From an uncultured Actinomycetota bacterium (lineage in GTDB: Bacteria; Actinomycetota; Actinomycetes; Mycobacteriales; Mycobacteriaceae), in assembly GCA_963795995.1 (NCBI GenBank), contig CAWCJY010000005.1:44726-108725 (forward strand): a DNA stretch of 64,000 bases, given 5' to 3'. Position 1 is the first letter of the stretch, and the number at the start of each line of letters is the position of its first letter. Below the pieces are notes generated by a model. That model saw nothing but the letters and a program-made list of their open reading frames with translations, was not told the origin of the DNA and did not search any database. Below, piece after piece: positions 20,622 to 30,289 of the stretch. Both the position numbers and the translations under genes were made by a program.

Positions 20622-22205
20622 CTATTTGACGCCGGGCAGCCGGCGCAGCACTCGCAGACCGGCGGTCATCGCCTTGGCGTAGCGGTCTGCGCGAAGCCAG
20701 GTCGGCGCTCCCACCGGAAGCAGACGTTCGGTCGCAATCGTCTGCGGCTCGGTGTATTTCATGATCCCGTGTTCGCCGTGGCGCCGGCCCAGGCCGGAGT
20801 CCTTCATGCCGCCCATCGGAGCGTCGACGGAGGCCCAGGCCGCAGCGTAGGCACCGTTGACGTTGACGGTGCCCGCCTTCAGTTGGGCGGCGACGCGCCG
20901 GCCGCGGGCCGGATCGGCCGTCCATACCGCGAAGTTCAACCCATAGTCGCTGTCGTTGGCTTTCTCGACGGCCTCCCCTTCGGAACTGACGGGATACAGC
21001 GAGACAACCGGCCCGAACGTTTCGTCGGCATACGCTTTCATGCCTTCACGAACGCCGGTCAGGATGGTGGGCTCGTAAAAATACGGGCCGATGTCGGGTC
21101 GCGCCCGCCCACCGGCCAGCACGGTTGCGCCGTTGGCGACCGCGTCGTCGACATGGTCAACGACGGTCTGCAGTTGCGTTTCGTTGATCAGGCTTCCCAT
21201 GTCGGCCTTGTAGTCAAGCGCGGTCGACAGCGACATGGCCTTGGTGGCGGCCACGAACTGGGCGACGAAGTCATCCCACAACGCTTGCTGGACGTAGATC
21301 CGTTCGATCGAGATGCACAATTGCCCCGAGTTGGAGAACGCCGCTCGCACGGCACCGGTGGCCGCCTTGGCGACGTCGGCGTCGTCGAGCACCAGGAGCG
21401 CGTTCTTGCCGCCCAATTCCATCGAGCAGTCGATGAGCCGCTCGGCCGCCTGCTTGGCGACGTTGCGTCCGACACTGGTCGACCCGGTGAACATCAAAAA
21501 GTCGGACTGCTCGATGATCGGCGTGCCCAATTCGGATCCCGGACCGGTCACCACCTGGACCAGGCCCGGCGGCATGCCGGCCTCTTCCAGCAGGGCAACG
21601 GCCCACAGCGCTGAAAACGGGGTGCGATCATCGGGTTTGGTCAATACCGCGTTGCCGGCGACGATCGCCGGGATCGCGTCACTGATCCCGAGCGTCAGCG
21701 GATAATTCCACGGCGAGATGATTCCCACCAGCCCTTTGGGGTGGTGATGCTCCCACACCTCGGTGAGCACCAGCTGCACGCCTTGGCGCCGTTTTGGGCG
21801 CAGGTATTCCTCAGCGGTGTGCGCGTAGTAACGGGAGGTGAGGCAGACGTCGAGGATTTCTTCGAACGCGTGCCGGCGGGCCTTACCATTCTCCAGCTGG
21901 ATCAGATCGAGCACTTCGTCTTGGCGGCGCAGCACCAAGTCGTGGAATCGCAGCAGTACCGCCGCACGCTCGGCGACCGGACGGGCAGCCCATTCGGCCT
22001 GCACGGCGCGGGCCCGCCGGGCCGCGGCGACGACATCCTCCGGTGCGCAGTGCGGCACCCGGCCCAGCGTCTCGCCGGTCATGGCGTTGGTGACCTCGCG
22101 GGAGCGGCTTGGGTCGGCGGCCTCGACCCGCCGGGCCAACGCCTCTAGCTGCGGGTCGCCGTCCCGCGTGGATGTCGACCGGGCGGGGGAGCGGAGTGCA
22201 TTCAT
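20622..22205 (-). CDS. NAD(P)-dependent aldehyde dehydrogenase (succinate-semialdehyde dehydrogenase-like)
   Basis: The ATG at 22205 gives 527 aa. It has the ALDH motifs [15 protein letters not shown] and catalytic Cys in NSGQLCIS. The upstream 162 aa of the ORF look non-coding. Confidence 0.9.
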   Translation of the reverse strand: MNALRSPARSTSTRDGDPQLEALARRVEAADPSRSREVTNAMTGETLGRVPHCAPEDVVAAARRARAVQAEWAARPVAERAAVLLRFHDLVLRRQDEVLDLIQLENGKARRHAFEEILDVCLTSRYYAHTAEEYLRPKRRQGVQLVLTEVWEHHHPKGLVGIISPWNYPLTLGISDAIPAIVAGNAVLTKPDDRTPFSALWAVALLEEAGMPPGLVQVVTGPGSELGTPIIEQSDFLMFTGSTSVGRNVAKQAAERLIDCSMELGGKNALLVLDDADVAKAATGAVRAAFSNSGQLCISIERIYVQQALWDDFVAQFVAATKAMSLSTALDYKADMGSLINETQLQTVVDHVDDAVANGATVLAGGRARPDIGPYFYEPTILTGVREGMKAYADETFGPVVSLYPVSSEGEAVEKANDSDYGLNFAVWTADPARGRRVAAQLKAGTVNVNGAYAAAWASVDAPMGGMKDSGLGRRHGEHGIMKYTEPQTIATERLLPVGAPTWLRADRYAKAMTAGLRVLRRLPGVK

Positions 22206-22314
22206 GAACCAATCCTTATCCGTTGACGCTGCGGGCTGGATAACCTTTCGCGGAACTCGGGAAACGACCGTTTGCGGCTCGCTTGCGCCCGCTGCGCGAC
22301 GATCGTCCCCGACC

Positions 22315-23166
22315 GTGCACAGTAGACCGGTGCGCTTGGCCCATCCCCGTACCGCCGCGGTCTTCGATTCTCCGGTACCACCGGGCAGCGGTTGGCCCGG
22401 TGATCCCGCGACAGCCCGGACTCCGCCCGCCCTGTCCGCGACGCAGGTGGTCGCGATGTCCGAAGCCGTGGGGACGGCACCCGAGCTCGACGCAGCGGTG
22501 TCGGTGTGCCGGGCATGCCCGCGTCTGGTGAAGTGGCGAGAGCAGGTCGCGGTCACCAAGCGGCGATCGTTCGCCGGAGAGCCGTATTGGGGCAGGCCGA
22601 TACCCGGTTGGGGCGCCGAACATCCCCGGGTGCTGATCGTGGGCCTGGCCCCGGCGGCGCACGGCGGCAACCGCACCGGTCGGGTCTTCACCGGGGATCG
22701 ATCCGGCGACGTGCTCTACGCCGCCTTGCATCGAGCAGGGCTGGCCAATTCCCCGATCAGCGTCGACGCTGCCGACGGGCTGACCCTCAACGCCACCCGG
22801 GTGGTGGCCGCAGTGCGTTGCGCTCCGCCCGACAACGCACCGACCCCGGATGAGCGGGTGGCTTGCGCTCCCTGGTTGGCCGCTGAGTGGCGGCTGACCG
22901 GCGGCGACGTTCGGGTGATCGTGGCACTCGGCGGCTTCGGTTGGCGATCGGCACTGGCCATGGTCCGCGCCGGCGGCGGTCAGGTCGGCAGGCCGCTGCC
23001 AAAGTTCGGTCACAACGCCGCCGCTACCTTGGCAGCAACGCACGGCGAGGTGGTGTTGCTGGGCTGCTATCACCCCAGCCAGCAAAACACGTTCACCGGC
23101 AAGCTGACCCCCGCCATGCTCGACGATGTGTTCAGCCGGGCCGGGGCGATCGCCGGTATCCAATAG
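22315..23166 (+). CDS. udgB: uracil-DNA glycosylase, family 5 (UdgB), Fe-S type
   Basis: Motif [20 protein letters not shown] (family-5 GLAPA motif), Cys cluster CRACPRL, and C-terminal HPSQQN. The start is uncertain: GTG 22315 gives 283 aa and ATG 22456 gives 236 aa. The rest of the 442-aa ORF is antisense to the ALDH gene. Confidence 0.8.
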   Translation: MHSRPVRLAHPRTAAVFDSPVPPGSGWPGDPATARTPPALSATQVVAMSEAVGTAPELDAAVSVCRACPRLVKWREQVAVTKRRSFAGEPYWGRPIPGWGAEHPRVLIVGLAPAAHGGNRTGRVFTGDRSGDVLYAALHRAGLANSPISVDAADGLTLNATRVVAAVRCAPPDNAPTPDERVACAPWLAAEWRLTGGDVRVIVALGGFGWRSALAMVRAGGGQVGRPLPKFGHNAAATLAATHGEVVLLGCYHPSQQNTFTGKLTPAMLDDVFSRAGAIAGIQ

Positions 23167-23213
23167 CGGCTGCATCCGGGAACGTCGGACCGGTTGCCGG
23201 CGTTGACGCCGTC

Positions 23214-24251
23214 ATGCGGCTTTCTGTCCTTGACCTTGTTCCTGTTCGCGCGGACCAGTCCACCGCCAACGCCCTGGCGGCCACCGTCCGGCTGGCTCAG
23301 ACCGCCGACCGACTCGGCTACACACGGTATTGGCTGGCCGAACACCACAACATGCCGTCGGTGGGCGCCACCAGCCCGCCGGTGTTGATCGCCTACCTCG
23401 CCGCCCAGACGTCACACCTGCGGCTCGGATCCGGAGGGGTCATGCTGCCCAACCACGCGCCGCTCGCGGTGGCCGAGCAGTTCGCCCTGCTGGAGGCCGC
23501 CGCACCAGGTCGCATCGACCTCGGCATCGGCCGGGCGCCCGGCTCCGACCCCGTCACGTCTTTGGCGCTGCGCGGCCCGGCCGGCCGAGACGAGCGCGAC
23601 ATCGAAGACTTTCCGGAGTACCTGGATGACGTGGTCGCGCTGATGGGACCACGCGGGGTGCGGGTGCCGATCCGCAACCAGCACTACGTCCTCAAAGCCA
23701 CTCCGGCCGCCGTCACCGAACCGCGCCTGTGGCTGCTGGGATCGTCGATGTATTCGGCACATCTGGCCGCGGCCAAGGGCCTGCCTTATGTGTTCGCCCA
23801 CCACTTCTCCGGTAAAGGAACCGAAGAAGCGCTCGCTTTCTACCGATCGAATTTCGTCCCGAGCGCGCTGGCCGCCGAACCGCTGACGTTTCTCACGGTG
23901 AATGCCGTGGTGGCCGAAACCCGCGAAGACGCGACAGCGCTGGCTTTGCCCAACCTGCACATGATGGCCAGGCTGCGCACCGGCCAGCCGCTGGGACCGG
24001 TTGAGCTTGTCGAGGATCTGCACAGCAGCGAGCTCACGCCACAGCAGCAGCACCTCGTTGACAGCGGCCTCAAGCGGGCGATCGTGGGCACACCGGCCGA
24101 AGCGGCCGAGCGAGTCCGGGCACTCGCCGAACGGTTCGACGTCGACGAGGTGATGGTGCACCCCGTTGCCTCGGCGCGGTGCGGCACCGATCCGGGCGCG
24201 GCACCGGCCCGCGAAGCCACCTTGGAACTGCTCGCCAAGGAATTGTTCTAA
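23214..24251 (+). CDS. LLM-class (luciferase-like) flavin-dependent oxidoreductase
   Basis: ATG 23214 (MRLSVLDLVPV...) gives 345 aa. The diagnostic motif is GYTRYWLAEHHN, followed by LGSGGVMLPNH. Confidence 0.85.
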   Translation: MRLSVLDLVPVRADQSTANALAATVRLAQTADRLGYTRYWLAEHHNMPSVGATSPPVLIAYLAAQTSHLRLGSGGVMLPNHAPLAVAEQFALLEAAAPGRIDLGIGRAPGSDPVTSLALRGPAGRDERDIEDFPEYLDDVVALMGPRGVRVPIRNQHYVLKATPAAVTEPRLWLLGSSMYSAHLAAAKGLPYVFAHHFSGKGTEEALAFYRSNFVPSALAAEPLTFLTVNAVVAETREDATALALPNLHMMARLRTGQPLGPVELVEDLHSSELTPQQQHLVDSGLKRAIVGTPAEAAERVRALAERFDVDEVMVHPVASARCGTDPGAAPAREATLELLAKELF

Positions 24252-24698
24252 CTAGCGCGGTGCCAACACGACGACCGGAATGGGCCGCGACGTCTTCTTC
24301 TGGTAAGCGGTGTATCGATTTCCGTTGTTCTTGTTCACCGTCTGCCACAACCGGTCGTATTCGGCGTCCCCGGGCAGCACGGAACGTGCGGTGACGCCGA
24401 ACCGCTTGCGGCCGACGTTGATTTCGACGTCGGGGTGGGCGCGCAAATTGTGATACCACCCGGGAGCGCGTGGATCACCGCCTTTCGACGCAACGATCAA
24501 ATAGTTGTCGCCGTCACGCGCGTACGTCAGCGCAGCAGTGCGGGGTTGACCGGTCTTGGCGCCGACGGTGTGCAGCAACAAACTGGGAATCCACAACGCG
24601 CGATGCCCGACCCAGCCATTCGTTCTCCGATACACAGTGTCATGTACGCGCAGTACTTGAGGAAGCAGGTTCTGCTCGAGCCAGGAGGGGAGCGCCAT
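24252..24698 (-). CDS. deazaflavin (F420H2)-dependent nitroreductase family protein (Ddn-like), Rv1261c-like
   Basis: 148 aa with the family pattern LLLHTVGAKTGQPRTAALTYARDGDNYLIVASKGGDPRAPGWYHNLRAHP. Confidence 0.85.
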   Translation of the reverse strand: MALPSWLEQNLLPQVLRVHDTVYRRTNGWVGHRALWIPSLLLHTVGAKTGQPRTAALTYARDGDNYLIVASKGGDPRAPGWYHNLRAHPDVEINVGRKRFGVTARSVLPGDAEYDRLWQTVNKNNGNRYTAYQKKTSRPIPVVVLAPR

Positions 24699-24749
24699 CG
24701 GTTCAGTATCGCTGCCTGGCAGCAGCCCGCGCCAGGCCTGGACGAGGGT

Positions 24750-25196
24750 CTACCGCTTCTGCAGCACAAAGACCGGGATCTGCCGTGATGTCCGCTGCTG
24801 ATAGCTGGTGTACCGGCTGGCGTTGTTCTTGTTGACGATCTGCCACAGCCGCAAAAAGTCCTCGTCATCGGGAGTGACCTCGCGGGTCGTGACCGCGAAT
24901 CGATCCGGGCCGACGTTGATTTCGGCCTCGGAACTCTTCCGCAGGTTGTGATACCAGCCCGGATAGCGCGATGCTCCGCCGTTGGAGGCCACGATCAAAT
25001 AGGAGTCGCCGTCGCGCGCGTACGTCAGCGCGTTGGTGCGCGGCCGGCCGGTCTTGGCGCCGATGGTGTGCAGTAGCAGGCTGGGCGGCGCACCTGGTAT
25101 GCGGTGGCCGATCCGGCCATTGGTCTTCTGATAGAGCAGATCGTGCACACGCAACAGGTGGGCGCCTACCCGCTCGAACGGCGAGAGATGAGTCAT
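24750..25196 (-). CDS. second deazaflavin-dependent nitroreductase family protein (tandem paralog)
   Basis: ATG 25196 gives 148 aa: LLLHTIGAKTGRPRTNALTYARDGDSYLIVASNGGASRYPGWYHNLRKSS. It aligns end to end by eye with the neighbouring gene. Confidence 0.85.
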   Translation of the reverse strand: MTHLSPFERVGAHLLRVHDLLYQKTNGRIGHRIPGAPPSLLLHTIGAKTGRPRTNALTYARDGDSYLIVASNGGASRYPGWYHNLRKSSEAEINVGPDRFAVTTREVTPDDEDFLRLWQIVNKNNASRYTSYQQRTSRQIPVFVLQKR

Positions 25197-25206
25197 GGGC
25201 TCAGTC

Positions 25207-25635
25207 TTACTGCTCGCTGTCGATGCGCGCCAGCGCGTCACGCAGCAACTGCCCGGTTCCTTCCGGGTTGCCGTCGCGTCGCAGCAGCATTCCCTTGGCC
25301 AGCGAGAGCTTGTCACCGTTGCGGCGCGGCAGCACGTGCAAATGAATATGCCGTACGGACTGAAACGCCGCGGGCCCGTCGTTGAGCGCCACGTTGGTGG
25401 CATCAGCTAACTCGGTGGCACGGGCGGCCCGCGCGATCCGCTGGCCGATCGTCACCATGTCGGCCAGCGTCTCGGGCGGGGTATCGGTCAGGTCGGCGGT
25501 GTGGCGTTTTGGTATCACCAGCGTGTGGCCCCGGCTGAACGGACGGAGGTCCAAGATGGCGAGGTAACGGTCGTCTTCGAAGATCCGGACGGCTGGGCCG
25601 TCCCCGCTGACGATGGTGCAGAACACGCAGGACAT
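25207..25635 (-). CDS. HIT family protein (histidine triad nucleotide hydrolase), Rv1262c-like
   Basis: ATG 25635 (MSCVFCTIVSG...) gives 142 aa, with the histidine triad HIHLHVLPR. Confidence 0.88.
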   Translation of the reverse strand: MSCVFCTIVSGDGPAVRIFEDDRYLAILDLRPFSRGHTLVIPKRHTADLTDTPPETLADMVTIGQRIARAARATELADATNVALNDGPAAFQSVRHIHLHVLPRRNGDKLSLAKGMLLRRDGNPEGTGQLLRDALARIDSEQ

Positions 25636-25694
25636 GCGGTCACCGTACTGGCTTGTCCGACGATGCGGATCACCCATCGCGATACGCTACCGCG

Positions 25695-27092
25695 GTGCAA
25701 GCCAGCGACATCGTGTTCGCCGGCGCAACCGAGCAGGCCCAAATGCTGGCCTCGGGGACGCTCACAGCACCGGCACTGCTCGAGACATACCTGGAGCGGA
25801 TTGCTCGACTGGATGGCAAGTTGCGGTCCTACCGCATCGTGCTCTCTGACGCCGCACGCGCGGAAGCCGCCGCCGCGCAGCGCCGCCTCGACGCCGGCGA
25901 GCGGCTGCCCTTGCTGGGCGTGCCCTTGGCGATCAAGGACGATGTCGACGTCGCAGGGGAGACCACGACATATGGCACCAGCGCCCACGGTCCGCCGGTC
26001 CGCAGCGACGCCGAAGTCGTGCGCCGGCTGCGCGATGCTGGCGCGGTGATCATCGGGAAGACCGCGACGCCGGAGTTGATGGCGATGCCGTTCACCGAGT
26101 CGCTCACCTACGGCGCGACCTGTAATCCATGGGACACCGGACGCAGCCCGGGCGGCAGCAGCGGCGGTAGCGGCGCGGCGGTGGCGGCGGGCCTGGCACC
26201 GCTGGCGCTGGGTTCCGACGGTGGTGGCTCGATCCGCATTCCCTCGAGCTGGTGCGGGGTCTACGGTCTCAAGCCGCAACGAGATCGGGTGTCGCTGGCA
26301 CCGCATGACGGGGCGTGGTACGGCCTGAGCGTCAACGGCCCGCTTGCGCGTTCAGTGACTGACGCGGCGCTATTTTTGGACGTAACGGCAGCGGTTGCCG
26401 GTCCTGAAGGCGGATTCGTCGCAGCAGCCGCGCAAGGTCCTGGCCGATTGCGAATCGCGTTGAGCGTCAAGGTTCCAGTGCCTGTGCAGCTCGCGTGCGG
26501 CGAAGCGCAGCGGACCGCCGTCGATCAAGCGGGCGCGCTACTTCGCGAGCTCGGCCATGACGTCGTCGTCCGCGATCCCGACTATCCGCCAACGGCAATC
26601 TCGGGCTATTTCCTGCCGCGCTACTTTCGCGGCATCTACGACGACGCACGTTCACTGCCGCATCCGGAGCGGCTGGAGGAGCGCAGCCGCGCCCTGGTGC
26701 GGATCGGACGCTTGGTCTCGGACCGCCGCATCGCGGCCGGGCGCGCCGGCGAATCGAACGTGATCGACAGGATCCAGTCGATCTTCACCGACGTCGACAT
26801 CCTCGTCACTCCCGCAACTGCAACAGGGCCGCCCCGCATCGGCGCCTACCAACGCCGTGGCGCGGTTTCCAGCCTGCTACGAGTGGCTGGCCGAGTTCCT
26901 TACTTCGAGATCTGGAACCTGACCGGCCAGCCCGCCGCAGTGGTGCCATGGGATCTGGACAGTCATGGCGTGCCGCTGTCTGTGCAACTCGTCGGCCGGC
27001 CCTACGGTGAGGCGACACTGCTGAGTCTGAGCGCCCAGATCGAGGCGGCGAGACCGTGGGCGCATCGGCGACCGCCCGGCGTTATACCTTGA
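25695..27092 (+). CDS. amiB2: amidase (amidase signature family), AmiB2-like
   Basis: AS-family motif [14 protein letters not shown] and upstream PLAIKDD. The start is uncertain: TTG 25653 in the ORF track would overlap the HIT gene, while GTG 25695 gives 465 aa against about 462 aa for Rv1263. Confidence 0.86.
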   Translation: MQASDIVFAGATEQAQMLASGTLTAPALLETYLERIARLDGKLRSYRIVLSDAARAEAAAAQRRLDAGERLPLLGVPLAIKDDVDVAGETTTYGTSAHGPPVRSDAEVVRRLRDAGAVIIGKTATPELMAMPFTESLTYGATCNPWDTGRSPGGSSGGSGAAVAAGLAPLALGSDGGGSIRIPSSWCGVYGLKPQRDRVSLAPHDGAWYGLSVNGPLARSVTDAALFLDVTAAVAGPEGGFVAAAAQGPGRLRIALSVKVPVPVQLACGEAQRTAVDQAGALLRELGHDVVVRDPDYPPTAISGYFLPRYFRGIYDDARSLPHPERLEERSRALVRIGRLVSDRRIAAGRAGESNVIDRIQSIFTDVDILVTPATATGPPRIGAYQRRGAVSSLLRVAGRVPYFEIWNLTGQPAAVVPWDLDSHGVPLSVQLVGRPYGEATLLSLSAQIEAARPWAHRRPPGVIP

Positions 27093-27096
27093 CGAC

Positions 27097-28236
27097 GTGG
27101 ACGACCCGGACATTGATGGTCTGCTGAACGGTCTGGAGGGCGCCGCGCGCCAGGAACGCGCAGAGCTGGTCAAGTGGCTGCTAGAACAGGGCATCAGCGC
27201 CGACGACATTCGTGGCGCGATCACCCCGATGCTGCTGCCCGCGCGCCGGTTGATGGGCGATGACGGCACTTACGTGTCGACCCGCGATATCAGCGAATCC
27301 GCCGGTGTGGACCTTGATCTGTTGCAGCGCGTGCAACGCGCCATCGGGCTGGTGCGGGTCGACGACCCTGACGCGGTCGTACACATGCGCGCTGACGGCG
27401 CGGCCGCCGCACATGCCCAGCGCTTCGTCGACGTAGGAATTCACCCTGATCACGTGGTGCAGGTGGTCCGCATACTCGCAGAGGGGCTCTCCCGTGCCGC
27501 AGAGGTCATGCGGTTCACCGCGCTGGCTGCGATCTTGGAACCGGGCATGACCGAGCTGGAAACCGCCAAGCGGTCCCAGGCCCTGTCCAGCGAGATCGCG
27601 CCGCGACTCGGGCCGATGATCGAGGACATGTTGTTCATGCAGCTGCGGCATTCGATGGAGACTGAAGCCGTCAACCTCAGCCAACGAGCTGCCGGTGCGC
27701 CGCTGCCGGGCGCGCGGCAGGTCACGGTGGCGTTCGCCGATCTCGTGGGATTCACCAGGCTCGGCGAGGCCGTGCCGCCCGAGGAGCTGGTGCAACTTGC
27801 GGACCGGCTCACCGACCTGGCCCGGGATGTGGCCGTACCGCCGGTGCGCTTCATCAAGACGATCGGCGACGCCGTGATGCTCGTCTGCGCCGACCCTGCG
27901 CCGCTGCTCGACGCCGTCCTCAAGCTGGTCGAGGTCACCGACTCCGACAATGACTTTCCGCGGCTACGGGCCGGGGTTGCCGCCGGATCCGCGGTATGCC
28001 GGGCCGGCGATTGGTTCGGCAGCCCGGTGAATGTGGCGAGCCGGGTGACCGGGATGGCACGGCCCGGCGCGGTCCTGGTCGCCGAGTCGGTGCACGAGGC
28101 GGTCGGCGATGAGGGCGGGTTCAGCTGGACCGACGCCGGGTCGCGTCACCTCAAGGGAATCAAGGGAGAGGTCAGGCTGTTTCGCGCCCGGCGCGGCGAG
28201 AGCGCGGACGACGAGTCAGAACCAACGCCTCCGTAA
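27097..28236 (+). CDS. class III adenylate cyclase with N-terminal regulatory domain, Rv1264-type
   Basis: 379 aa. The C-terminal cyclase homology domain has [16 protein letters not shown] and KTIGDAVML. The N-terminal ~190-aa helical regulatory domain and the position match Rv1264. Confidence 0.85.
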   Translation: MDDPDIDGLLNGLEGAARQERAELVKWLLEQGISADDIRGAITPMLLPARRLMGDDGTYVSTRDISESAGVDLDLLQRVQRAIGLVRVDDPDAVVHMRADGAAAAHAQRFVDVGIHPDHVVQVVRILAEGLSRAAEVMRFTALAAILEPGMTELETAKRSQALSSEIAPRLGPMIEDMLFMQLRHSMETEAVNLSQRAAGAPLPGARQVTVAFADLVGFTRLGEAVPPEELVQLADRLTDLARDVAVPPVRFIKTIGDAVMLVCADPAPLLDAVLKLVEVTDSDNDFPRLRAGVAAGSAVCRAGDWFGSPVNVASRVTGMARPGAVLVAESVHEAVGDEGGFSWTDAGSRHLKGIKGEVRLFRARRGESADDESEPTPP

Positions 28237-28320
28237 GCCGCGCCCGCTCGATCCGCTCGAATGTGTTCGCCCGCGGAGAACGCTGGTCCCTAGCGTCTGC
28301 AAGCGTGTAATCATGTAATC

Positions 28321-28887
28321 ATGAGACAACATCACACACATGGGCGCAGGTACGGCCGCCCGGGCGGTTGGCAGCAGGCGCAACAACCCGAGGCCAGCGA
28401 CGCGCCGGACTGGATCGCCGGTCGCATGCCGGAAGGCTGGTTCGACGGTGACCCCGCGGTCACTGTCGACCGGGAAGAGATCTTGATCATCGGAAAGCTG
28501 GCCGAGTCGGCCAACTCCCAGACAGCGGAAAGCGACGCCCGTGCCTCGGGCCGCGTGTCCCGTTTTCGTGAGGAAACCCGGCCCGAGCGGATGAAGATCG
28601 CCGACGAGGCACAGGACCGCTACGGTCGCAAGGTCTCCTGGGGCGTCGAGGTCGGCGGCGAGCGAACCTTGTTCACCCACCTCGCCGTGCCGGTCATGAC
28701 CCGCCTGAAGCAGCCGGAACGACAGGTACTCGACACGCTCGTCGACGCCGGCGTCGCCCGGTCACGATCGGACGCGCTGGCTTGGGCGGTGCGGCTGGTC
28801 GGCGAGCACACCGAGGAATGGCTCAACCAACTGCGCTCGGCTATGTCGGCAGTCGACGACTTGCGTGCACAAGGGCCGGAACTGTAG
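28321..28887 (+). CDS. conserved hypothetical protein, Rv1265-like (possible C-terminal ribbon-helix-helix)
   Basis: 188-aa ORF directly after the cyclase gene. The C-terminus VMTRLKQPERQVLDTLVDAGVARSRSDALAWAVRLV looks RHH/CopG-like. The ATG sits immediately after an AT-rich tandem octamer. Confidence 0.6.
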   Translation: MRQHHTHGRRYGRPGGWQQAQQPEASDAPDWIAGRMPEGWFDGDPAVTVDREEILIIGKLAESANSQTAESDARASGRVSRFREETRPERMKIADEAQDRYGRKVSWGVEVGGERTLFTHLAVPVMTRLKQPERQVLDTLVDAGVARSRSDALAWAVRLVGEHTEEWLNQLRSAMSAVDDLRAQGPEL

Positions 28888-28894
28888 CGAAACC

Positions 28895-29365
28895 TCACCC
28901 GACGGGCCCGCCCACCGCGGCGTCGTATCTGGTCGGCAGCGATCGCCGGCCCGCCGCCCCAACCCGAGAACAGAATGCGGCAAGTCCGGACGCTTTGACG
29001 CAATTTTGCTGAGGGCTCGAAACGAGCGCCAAACCTGCCGAGCAGACCGGACTTTCGGTAATCGTGCCAGTTCGCAAATGAATGCCGTTGATGGGGTCGT
29101 CGAAGAACACCGCGTAGTAGCCCGGCCAATAGTGCGGGTATTCGCGCGGTTCGTCGGTGACTGTGATTTTGCGTTGGAGCAGGAAAGCCCGATAAAAGCG
29201 GTCGACCTGTCGTCGGCTGCTGGCCCACAGTGCGATGTGATTGATCCCGACCGCTTGGTCGACGTGGTGGAGCTTCGCCCCGGTTCGGGCGGGTTGGATA
29301 CCGATGAAGCTGCGCGGCGCATGACCATCGTCAGAGTCGGCGCTGAAGTTTAGAGTCCGATGCAT
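28895..29365 (-). CDS. VOC (glyoxalase/bleomycin-resistance/dioxygenase) family protein
   Basis: Only the C-terminal 156 aa of the 363-aa ORF are plausible, from ATG 29365 (MHRTLNF...). The pattern INHIALWASSRRQVDRFY...PGYYAVFFDDPINGIHL is VOC-like. The 3' extension beyond the domain is unusually long, so the end or frame is uncertain. Confidence 0.55.
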   Translation of the reverse strand: MHRTLNFSADSDDGHAPRSFIGIQPARTGAKLHHVDQAVGINHIALWASSRRQVDRFYRAFLLQRKITVTDEPREYPHYWPGYYAVFFDDPINGIHLRTGTITESPVCSAGLALVSSPQQNCVKASGLAAFCSRVGAAGRRSLPTRYDAAVGGPVG

Positions 29366-29401
29366 GACGAAGGTTGAACCGGCCGAATCTGCGGGCCGCT
29401 G

Positions 29402-30274
29402 ATGAGCGCAGCGGCGCCGATGGAGACGCCTCGGTTGCTGTTCGTGCACGCCCATCCCGATGACGAAAGCCTCGCGACCGGTGGCACTATCGCCCATTAC
29501 GTCGCCCGGGGCGCCGATGTCCGCGTCGTGACGTGCACGCTCGGCGAAGAGGGCGAAGTCATCGGTGACCGTTACGCCTTGCTTGCGGTTGATCACGCCG
29601 ACCAGCTCGGCGGGTACCGCATCAGTGAGCTGACTAAGGCGCTGAACGCGCTGGGCGTCGACGAACCGACCTTTCTTGGTGGACCCGGGCGCTGGCGCGA
29701 TTCCGGCATGTCCGGGACCACCGGCCGCCCCCACACCGCCTTCGTCGACGCCGGAGATGACGCGATCAAGGAGCTGACCACACTCATCGACGACCTGCGT
29801 CCGTACGTTGTCGTTACCTACGACCCCAAGGGCGGCTACGGCCATCCCGACCATGTTCAAGTCCACCGCGTGACAACGGCCGCCGTCGAGGCCGCATCGT
29901 GGCGGGTGCCCAAGGTCTACTGGACCGTGCTCGCATCTACCGCGTTGCAGGCCGGGCTGGACGCGTTGAGCGATGTGCCGCCGCACTGGATCAGGCTCTC
30001 CGACCTCGGTGGGTCGGTGTTCAGTTACGCCGACCGCGATATCACCGCGGTCATCGACGTGCGAAAACAGCTACCGGCCAAGGTGGCAGCACTTGGCGCC
30101 CATAGCACCCAGTTGACGCTGGCGCCCGATAGCCGTTGTCTCGTGCTGTCGAACAACATTGTGTTGCCGGTACTGGCCGAAGAACATTTCGTCCTCGCGA
30201 GCGGTAATCCCGGACCACCGAACAGCAGAGGTTGGGAGACAGATTTGCTCGCGGGGCTAGAGCTCAGACCATGA
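29402..30274 (+). CDS. mshB: LmbE/PIG-L family deacetylase, MshB-like (GlcNAc-Ins deacetylase of mycothiol synthesis)
   Basis: [15 protein letters not shown] zinc motif, [51 protein letters not shown], and C-terminal [11 protein letters not shown]. All of these closely resemble my memory of M. tuberculosis MshB. Confidence 0.8.
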   Translation: MSAAAPMETPRLLFVHAHPDDESLATGGTIAHYVARGADVRVVTCTLGEEGEVIGDRYALLAVDHADQLGGYRISELTKALNALGVDEPTFLGGPGRWRDSGMSGTTGRPHTAFVDAGDDAIKELTTLIDDLRPYVVVTYDPKGGYGHPDHVQVHRVTTAAVEAASWRVPKVYWTVLASTALQAGLDALSDVPPHWIRLSDLGGSVFSYADRDITAVIDVRKQLPAKVAALGAHSTQLTLAPDSRCLVLSNNIVLPVLAEEHFVLASGNPGPPNSRGWETDLLAGLELRP

Positions 30275-30289
30275 CGTTGCAGGCCCAAA

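Noticed and set aside
21838-22314. The 442-aa ORF that extends udgB upstream across the ALDH gene.
   Set aside because: The upstream part is antisense to a motif-rich ALDH gene and is Ser/Arg/Ala-rich junk. UDG homology begins only around 22315-22456.
29366-29986. N-terminal two-thirds of the 363-aa minus-strand ORF (28895-29986).
   Set aside because: It overlaps the well-supported MshB-like gene on the other strand and has no motifs. Only the VOC-like C-terminal part from ATG 29365 is kept.
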